In this document: positions 27,401-36,400 of the stretch, in pieces
Layout: every line of letters starts with the position of its first letter
Position numbering within the stretch: position 1 is the stretch's first letter
Assembly (NCBI GenBank): GCA_036172245.1
Contig: JAYWIR010000003.1
Span: 7,130,001-7,194,000, forward strand
Reading direction: 5' to 3'
Origin: Raillietiella orientalis
Lineage: Eukaryota
Length of the DNA: 64,000 bases
Translations under genes and position numbers: made by a program
Notes under the pieces: generated by a model
What the model was told of the DNA's origin: nothing
What the model saw: only the letters and a program-made list of their open reading frames with translations
Databases searched by the model: none

Positions 27401-30400
27401 TCCACATCGGACTTTCACCAAATTCGTCCCCTCGTAGACCGAACCGTGGAGGAATGAGCGCATGCGTCCATGCCATCCACTTCTCTCAACAGTAATCGCG
27501 GCTTCTGAGGAGCAACAGCGAAACCATCAAGGACATCAAAGCGTGCGCTCCATGGCACCTTTTGCCGTCGCTAGGAGACAGTCTTCTCATCATGGGAATG
27601 AAGGGGAGTTACCTCGGCTCATCTCAATGAAGTCTTCCTTCTCCCGGAAGAGTAGGCTTCAGCGCGGCGTGGGTGAGGTGGCGGCCAAGGGGCTGCCGCA
27701 GTAGGAGGTGGGTTGCCTGGAGCAAGGGGAGGGGGGCAGGATGACCCCGAGGAAGTGGTTCCTCCACGGCCGCAGGGTCTTTGGGAGGTCTAAGATTTCA
27801 CGAGAAAGGCGTCGCGCGTTCCCGATCCAGACAGGACTCAGGAACTTCCTCCTTTCGTCTCCAGGAAGCCCTCAGATGGGCCTTTTGCTGTCCCTTCCCA
27901 CGAATCAGCCCTCACGCCCCTAGTTGAGCCAGTGGTCTTCTGAAAGCAGCAGGGTCTTATGAGGGACCCTTCGGTCCAGGAGGCTGCGACAGATATTTAC
28001 CATCGCGCCCTCCTGAAGACGAGAAATGGGAGGAGCAAAGCAGGAGGATGGGAATGGGAGGACCTGGCGGCCGGCCTCTCAGGTGGGGACGCCGGCGAGC
28101 CTTCAGGCAGTGGAGGCATCCAAGGACGCAGCGGCGTGGCATAGAGGAGAGGGGCGGGAAAGGGAGTGGCTAGAGTGGGGTCTCAGCTGCAAGCCTCATG
28201 CCGAATTTCTTGCAGCTCCTGGAGGGTAACGCAGACACGACGAGCGTCAGGACGAATCGGCTGGACCACCCTCTGATCGCCAGCGCGGTGCGCGTGGTGC
28301 CATACAGCAAGCACGGACGGACGGTGTGTACCCGCGTCGAGCTGCATGGATGCAGCTTTCCCGGTAGGCGGAAATGAGAGTGGGGGAAGGAGGACAAGGA
28401 CGGACGGCACGTGTGCAGCCGCGTGGGGACGCTCCTGCGTCCGGAGGGATGAGGTGGGGCGTGGCGTGGAGCTATGAATGAGGGGCAGAAAAATACGATG
28501 ATCCTGAATTTCATACGGAGCACCGGGGATTTGGGGTGAGCGCGGAGTCGAGCTGCTGGATAGGTGAGGCAGATTGGATGTAATGGGCGGGTTAGGGAGA
28601 GAACGGGAAGGGAGGAGGTAGAGTGGGGGTGCGGTTGCTCATGGGTAAGAAAAGTTGGGATGAGGAGAAGGGGACGGCATGCTGGAGATGGGATGAGCTA
28701 CGGCTATTAGCACGGCGATGAGCAAAAGGGGTGCAGCAGCACAAGTAAGGATGGGGTCAAGAGCTGGAATGAACGCCAAATGCTTCACCCCAATTCGGCG
28801 GAACAGATGTAAACTCGGACAGAAGACGGGATCAGACGAGGTCACACACTGTTTGATGTGTAAGAATTGGCATATTGGGGTGATGCGGCTGGAGGGAGAG
28901 GGAACACGAGGGTGGAGAGGAGGGTACAAAATGGCTAGGAGAACTCGAGTGGGCTTGGCAAGGTCGAGGAGTAGGGAAGTGTGGGGGAGATCGGGGTCGG
29001 ATAGAGGGGTGAACTGGAAATGGGCCAGAGAGGAGGATAGAAGGGGCAGTTCTCCCCATGCTTCCTTTTTAGACGGCGTGCTAAGCTACGACATTCCTCA
29101 GGGAACGGAGTTTCCCGGGGCCAACCTGACCTCGTCCGCCTCCTGCCTGGACTCCACCTACGACGGGAGGCAGGTGGGGAGGTTTCTGTACGGAGGCATC
29201 GGGAAGCTTCTCGACGGCCACGTGGGTGACGGAAGCAGCGCCGGAGACTGTGAGTCTTCTGCCGTGCTTTTTCTCGTCTTCCCTACCCTTTCCTCTCCGT
29301 AGGTTTGAGGTGGGTCGCCTGGGAGCGCACTCAGGAGCCACTAGTGCTGGTCTTTCACTTCGACTCGCCGCGGCGCCTCCTGTCGGCCACGTTCCACGTG
29401 AATGTCCGACCGGAGCTGGGGATACAGGTAGGGTTTAGTTGGAGCGAGCAAAGAGGGTCCATCCCTCCCTTCCTCGCAGGCCTTCCAAAAGGCGCGTGTG
29501 TTCGTTCTCGACGGGGGAAAGGCGGCGAGTTCCCGCGAGAAGGAGGCCGCTGTGGGTATTCGGCACGACTCCAGGAGGACAGACATCCCTCACAACGTGA
29601 CCATCCCTCTGGGGGGACGCGTCGGTCGGACCGTTGAGCTCGAGCTCTATCCCACGAGCAGGTGGACTATGATCAGTGAGGTCTTCTTCAGCAGCAGCGG
29701 CAGCAGCTACGGTGGTCAGTGCATGCTTCGGAGAGATGGGGGAGGAAAACAGTGGGGGATGGTGGTCACCGCACCTCCTATCCAGAGGCTATCGGCGAGG
29801 ATGGGGTGGCCTTTGCTGCTGCTGCTGCTGCTTCCGAAGTCGATGTCAGGGGGGAGTCAGCATCCCCTTCAGCAGCCGAAATGACCTTCGCAGATGAACT
29901 CCCTCCAGTATCCACGGAAACGATCCTGCTCCTGGAGAAAGGTGAGAGCTGACCCATCCCAGACACGGCGGGCGGAGAAGGGTCAACGCACTCGCCCTTC
30001 CTTTCCAGACGCCTACAGCGATCGCGACCTCACGTACATGGGCGTAGTCATCGGCTGTTTGGCAGCGGTGGCCCTCATCACCTCCGCAACCGTGTACTGT
30101 GTCGTCCTGCGCAACCAGAAGCTGACGGCCCACGGGTCGCCTCGGGTGCTTTTGGAAGATGCCAGGAAGTTCGCGTTCGGCACGAACCAAGTGAGAAAGA
30201 GTGAAGAGTTGGGATGAGACGGATGTTCAGGATGAGGACGGGATGAATCTGGATCGCGATGCGCCTGGGAACGGTGGGGCTAAAAGTCTGGTGAAAGAGG
30301 AACGAAGGCACAGTTGGTCTTAGGATGTGCGCGAGGGAGATCACGGGGCGAAATTAGAAGGATTGGGGGGTGATGCCCTCTGGGGAATCGGATCTGAGGG

Positions 30401-33400
30401 AATTTGTCTTTATCTCTTGTCCCTCTCTTGCGAGCAGGTGACCTGCGACGACGCTGAGGACCGCGTGGTCGTCAAGGGCAGCTGCTGCTACGTCAACCGC
30501 ATCTACGAGACCCCCACGCCTTCCTGGAGGACGCTGCCGAGACCGTCGCTCAAGACGAGGAAGCGCGCCACCCCAGGAGGGGGTGGAAAAGGTGAGGATC
30601 CTATCTGAACCTCTTTCACACCTCTTCCCGCTTTAGAGTTCCCGTCCGATCACGAGTACGTGTCCCCGGAACTGCTGCCCCTGGTGGAGGTGGCTCAGAC
30701 CACCCTGGAAACCACCGAAGACGACAATGATGACGACGCGAGCGGCGCGGCGAGGACAGCCCCTACGGAGGCGTCATCCTTGGACCTTGAGCGGCCCCCG
30801 AGACACCCCCGGGGAGCGCACCAGAGCGTAGTCGCCTCCCCCTCTCCCGTTCCGAACGACTTACGGCGTCTCAGATGGAAGGACGTGCGGGTCGTAGGGA
30901 GGCTGGGGGAGGGTTCCTTCGGAGAGGTGGGTCTCCTGCCTCATCGGGAAGAGTGGAAGCATGACGTGGCGATTCCTCCTTCTTTTAGATCTACCTCTGC
31001 GAGCTACCGGGACTCCTGGACTCCTCTGGGAGACCCGTGCGGGCGGCCGTCAAATCATTCTCCCCTCCTTCCGCTCCATATCGCCCTTCCCTTCCCGGAT
31101 CTAAGAGAAGGAAGGGGGTGAGGAACGGTGGTGTGAGATCGGAAGCCACCGAGGAGGCCTTCCGGGAGGAGCTTCGCGTCCTGCCACTCCTGCGCCGCAA
31201 CCCTAACGTCGTCCAGGTTTACGGCGCCATTTGCAGGGAGGAGCCGTCGGCCATCGTGTACGAGTATCCGGGTTCCGGAGACCTCAAGCAGTTTCTGGTC
31301 GAGGGTCTCCGCGAAGACTTCAAGGTGGACCCCCTCCGCAAGTATGTGACTCACGCGCGGGCGCAGCGAACGCACAACCCTGCCAAGGGCCTGGGATGGA
31401 CGGGAACATGGTCCACAGTGCCAGCTCGTCGCCTCTCCTCCTGGCTCCCACGGGGGGTCTCCCATCCCTTTGGATTGCTCCCGGACGGCAGCAGTCTCCC
31501 TTATCAACGGCCTGTAGGAGACCATCGGGCTCACCGCGGGACGCCCGTTCCTTCAGAAGGAAGGTCTGATGGAGGGTGCTCTTTCCTTAAGTGTCCGACC
31601 CCATTTCGTGTCTGCGCTTTGTCTGCCGATCCAAAGATCCCTCCACGCGCCCAGAAACCAGCCCAGTCGCTTCGACTCTGCCGGAATTTCACTCTCACCT
31701 TCCCCTCCCCGCCAAAGATCCTGGTCCCTCTTTGCTCCTCCTTTTCCTCGCATCACCCACGCTCGCCCCCGTTCCTCCTTCTACGACCCCATCCGACCTC
31801 TTTCAAGCTCCCCGGCCACGTGGTGGTGCGTCTGCACTCTTCCGCACTCCTCAGATGTGGTGAGAGCCGCCGCATGCCGGAGGTCCGCCTGGTCGCTGCG
31901 CTACTTTGCCTCAGCAGTCTGAGTGCCTCGCGCCACGGGAAGGACGAGCGCAGGCAGGTCACGGCGGACGATCAGTACTCTACCTGCTCCTCGCTCCCAT
32001 GTCCTCCCGGGATGCGGTTTGCTTGCTCGCATGGCCTCCGGGAAAAGGGAGGGTTCTTCCTGGTGTTTTCTTCAGAGAAAATCGAGAGGAGAGCGGATTT
32101 TGGAGAGGGCAATGTCGAGGTCCACCCAGTCTCATGCCGGAGCACCGAAGTGCACCCGATCTCGCGCCACGCGCTCATCCCCGACTCCCCAGCCGGGTGC
32201 TTCGCCAGCGAGGCCCCTGCTTCTGTCGCGTAGGCCGCCCTTCCCCTTGGGTCTGCTTCTCCCGCCCCTCATCTCCCGCTCTCCTTCACCATTCGACCCA
32301 GCATCCACAACGGATCCACCCTTCCCCGGAGGAATCGGCGAGAAAAGCGCGAACCCTTCCTTCCGAGTTTGTTTTCCTCGTGAGGCGCAGCGGGGCAGGA
32401 ATGTCTCACGGCCTCCAGGGGAAGGCGGGAATCCCTAGAGACCTAGGAACCCCCCGTGCGAGAGACTTTCCCACACTGTTCCGTGGAGCAGGTCGTTGGC
32501 TCGGGCAGCGCGTCCTCTCTGCAACCTGCTCTTGGAGGTTTTTCGAAAGCGAGGAGGTCGGAGGTTTCCTGCTGGGCCTTGGAAAACCAAAGCTCTCATT
32601 CTCTTCCCTTCTCATCCCTGAGGGTGCCGTTCGGGCCACGCCCACTCGCGACAGCGATCCTTGGCGGCCAACTAAACGCATTCTCGTTCCAGACTGCTAC
32701 TCTACTTGGTTTCAGAGGTGGCAGCGGGGATGAAGCACCTGGAGTCGCTAAACATCGTGCACCGGGACCTCGCTGCCAGGTACCGGGGAGCCTTGGGAGC
32801 GCGACCCGCCTTTTCCCCTGCCAACCAGCGCGACCCTCATACCTCGCCTTTGTCTTCCCACCCAGCTAGCAGTCATTCCCATGAGCCCAAATGAATGGAC
32901 TGCTTTCGTCCTGGCCTCGTGGGGCATGGGTCTCTCATCCGGGTGCAGGTCCCTTAGCACGTGCGCCCGGGTCTTTGCTATTCACTCCCTGAGGAAGACC
33001 TTCTTGCTTGCCGGTAGTCCGTTATGTAGGAAGCTGCCCGACTTCCGCTGGGTCCGGGAAGGAAGGACTCAGAAGCATCAACAAAGGACCCTTTCCCAGA
33101 TTCACCATCTTGCGGTCCATTCTGTCTCTCCTTTGTAGCGCCTGCAGCTTAAGCGCGCCTCCTCTTGCAAGCTGCACAGGCTGTTCTGCACTTCCCTTCT
33201 TTTCCTTTCCTCCTCCTCCTCCGTCTTTTTTCTTCCTTCCCCTTTCTTCCTCCTCCTCTTCCTTTCCTCCTCCTCCTCCGTCTTTTTTCTTCCTTCCCCT
33301 TTCTTCCTCCTCCTCTTCCTTTCCTCTTCCTCCTCCTCTTCCTTTCCTCTTCCTCCTCCTCTTCCTTTCCTCTTCCTCCTCCCGTCCACACCCTTGCGCC

Positions 33401-36400
33401 ACAGTCCTCTTGCTGACCGATAGAGTTCTCTTCCCGTTCAGGAACTGCTACGTCACTAGCAAACTGACGGTGAAGATCGCTAACTTCGGGCTCGTCAAGG
33501 GACTCTACGAAGAGGATTACTACGACGTAGGCGGAGGACGTTACATCGCTGTGAGATGGGCGTCTCCGGAGGCTGCACTCCAGGTACTGCCCTCCGTGCT
33601 GCTCCACTTTCACCACCACTCTCTAAACCGTGATGCACCTCCTAACCCCTTCCCCCTCCTTGAGCGTTCAGCCGAGCGCCTTTTGCAGTCCCTTCACGCC
33701 CCGCGGGGAGGGGAGCGAGGGACAGAGGCGTTGGTTCTCGAGGGCGGAGAGTGGTCAGGATTCCTTCGTCATCTGACTGGAGGGCATCGATAGCATGTTA
33801 CCCTCGCCTCGGAAAGCTCTCTCCAGAGTCATCCCCAAGCTCCTGCATCTTCCGCGCGGTGTTGGTTGTCGCTGCCGCTTGTCAAGCCTACCGTCACCCT
33901 TGAGGAACAGCAGATGAAGCGGCTCCGTGGTTCTCCCCGTTCGGTTCCTAAAGATCTAGCGGGAAACCTCCGACTTTCTCTTCCCTTTCGGGAGACCATC
34001 AAGAGAGGGGAGGGACCACTTTCTTGTCTCTCTCAGCATCTCCCAGTTTCCCTTCGTAGGTGGGAGGAACGAGCGCTGCAGCGGGAACTGTCGTGGAGCC
34101 TCCGCAGGAGCAAACGATTTCTGTTGCCGCAGCCGCTGGGGCGGCACGGAGGACGACCTAGGAGCAGAGCAGCGGTGTGACTCCCGGAGTAGGAAAACAT
34201 CACTTGTAAACCGGACATCAACAGTGCTCCTCTGATGCCTGGTCCTGTCTCCGCTGAATAATCCGAAGCACTCGTTCCTCGGACACATTCGCCTGCGGGG
34301 GGTCGTTCCTAAAGGGGGACTTCTGTAGACGCGCGCAGATGCGCTCCTCCGGCAGCACTGCGAGGGAAAAAAGGGTCCCGTTCCTCTGAGCGCGCTGTCC
34401 GAGGTGGGCTGGGAACCGCTTCCCCGCCACCGCCTGGGGTGGGCAGCAGCGGAATTGTGGGAGAGGGAGTCTGCAGTTGCTGAGAATCCGCAGGCCCGAG
34501 AGCGTCGGCAGCACCCCATGGAGGAGTTGCGCGGCCGACTGCCCGAGAGGTCTTCCCTCCTGGGAACCCACGGAACTGCTGCAGAAGGAGGGGACCTCGG
34601 GAAGAGGGACGAACCTCAGCAAGAACCAGCACGTCTGCGAGCGCCATCCAGTAGCCGTCGAAGAACTCGCACCCGAGAGAGGAAATCTCTCCAGGAAGCA
34701 CCCCTTACTCGTGGAAAAGAGAAGAGTAAGGGTGTGCAGGGCAAACGCTTGGACTCGGTCCCTTCCGGTGGGACTTCCGGGACAGGCAGACGCGGAGGGA
34801 GAGAAGCGGCGAGGTCTCAAAAAGGACGAGACGAACCCACGTCCGGAGAGCCTCGGGATGTAGGATTGGGGCGGAGAAGACGCGAGTTTTTTGCTCCCCC
34901 TATCGGACGGTGAGGAGAGCTTTCCCCCTGCGAATGCAGAGCCGGGAATGCCATCCGTGCGCTCTGGGAGAGGGTGGCAGCGCGCGCGCTCTTCCCTCTC
35001 TTCCGCGTCCATCAGACATAACCCGGCTGTGCTATCTCTTTCCCGCCCTTTCAGGACGCCTACTCGACGAAAGGAGACATCTGGTCATTTGCAGTCACGT
35101 TCTGGGAAGTGCTGACCTTGGGAAGAGTCACTCCTTACGAAAGCTGGACCAACGAGGAGGTGCTTCAGAACATCGCGACCTTTTCTCAAGACGCAGACGT
35201 GCAGGTGAGCTGGGGAGGGTTTTGGGGGGCGCCACCTTGAGACCCTTTGAAAGCCGTTGCCGCACAGAGCTCGGATCCGTGCCTCCGGAGACGTGCGGAT
35301 TAGCCCTGGGCCTGTTGTTCCCTCCAGCAGACACACAGAGAGGGAGAGAAAAAGGGGAAAACCCACGCATCTCGCGAGCAGGGATTTGGAAAACATGGGA
35401 TACGGTGGGAGGACCATAGAAGGAAGCTTCGCTTCTCTGGGTTTGCTAAAGAAAGCGATGAGAGTGGCGTCCTTTAGAACCAGCGTACGCGTGAGAAAGG
35501 CATCGGGATGATGCAGGATGCGGGCGTGGATGAGAAGCATCCCCATGGAAGGTCTTCGTCCTCCACCTGTTGAGTCCTCCTTTTACCTCATTCCTCCCGG
35601 GAGCACCTTCATTCTTGGATTCGCTGTACCTCGCAATCGTCCCCTTATCCTCTTTGTCTGAGGGACCAGACCTACGGGTCACTTCCAGCGAAGACCTCCT
35701 AAGCGAAGGTTTGCCCTTGTCGGTGGCTCCTTCGGAGTTTGCATCTTTCTTATCACCTTCCTGCCCTTTTCTCAGTTGCTCTTTTTCGTAAGGCGCCGGA
35801 GATGCGTCTGGCATTCATCAGAGATGCTCGGTCCTTCGGCTGCCGAGTCCCTTTGACCCTCCAGATTCGCTCGTCCAGGACCTTTGCTAAAAGAGCGCGG
35901 TGGGGCCTCTTTAGGTCTTGGGGGTCGGGTGGCTTGGCTGCTTCCTCTCTCTTAGCAGGCGCACCCCTTTCCATTCCCCTTTCCAATCCTCCTCTCCTGC
36001 ATTCGGGTCATCTGGAAGTCCGGAACCCATCAGCCTTCTTTCCTGCTTGGGAGGCTTCCGGAGCAGTCGGAAGGGCAGTTGCCCCCTCCTGACACTTGAA
36101 GCGCGCGATTTTCTGACTTACAGATGCGAAAAGCAGCGGTGTCTGGGCCATTTCCTCATGACAGAGGCCGATCCTGGAGTGCGACGTCATGTGGCAGAGT
36201 CTCCTTCACAGCGCGCCCGTCGTTCAGGAACTTGCAGACGTGCCCGGAGGCAGCAGCAAGCCCCAGAAATCGGTCCCAGAGAGCTACCCGCGCGTTTCAA
36301 AGCCATCCTGGAGCACCTTGGGATGCGCTTCGCTGAAAGTTCCGTGCGTTTTTCCCCCTTGCTCCAAAGCTGCTCCCCTTTTTCCTTTTCCACTTTCCAT

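Noticed and set aside
31342..32233. The ORF containing DDR exon 12 continues for about 300 codons
   Set aside because: Kinase similarity stops at the donor AA|gtatgt and resumes at 32693, so this is intron read-through.
33022..33619. E/K/R-rich and poly-F/S/P ORFs
   Set aside because: These are translations of the polypyrimidine repeat.
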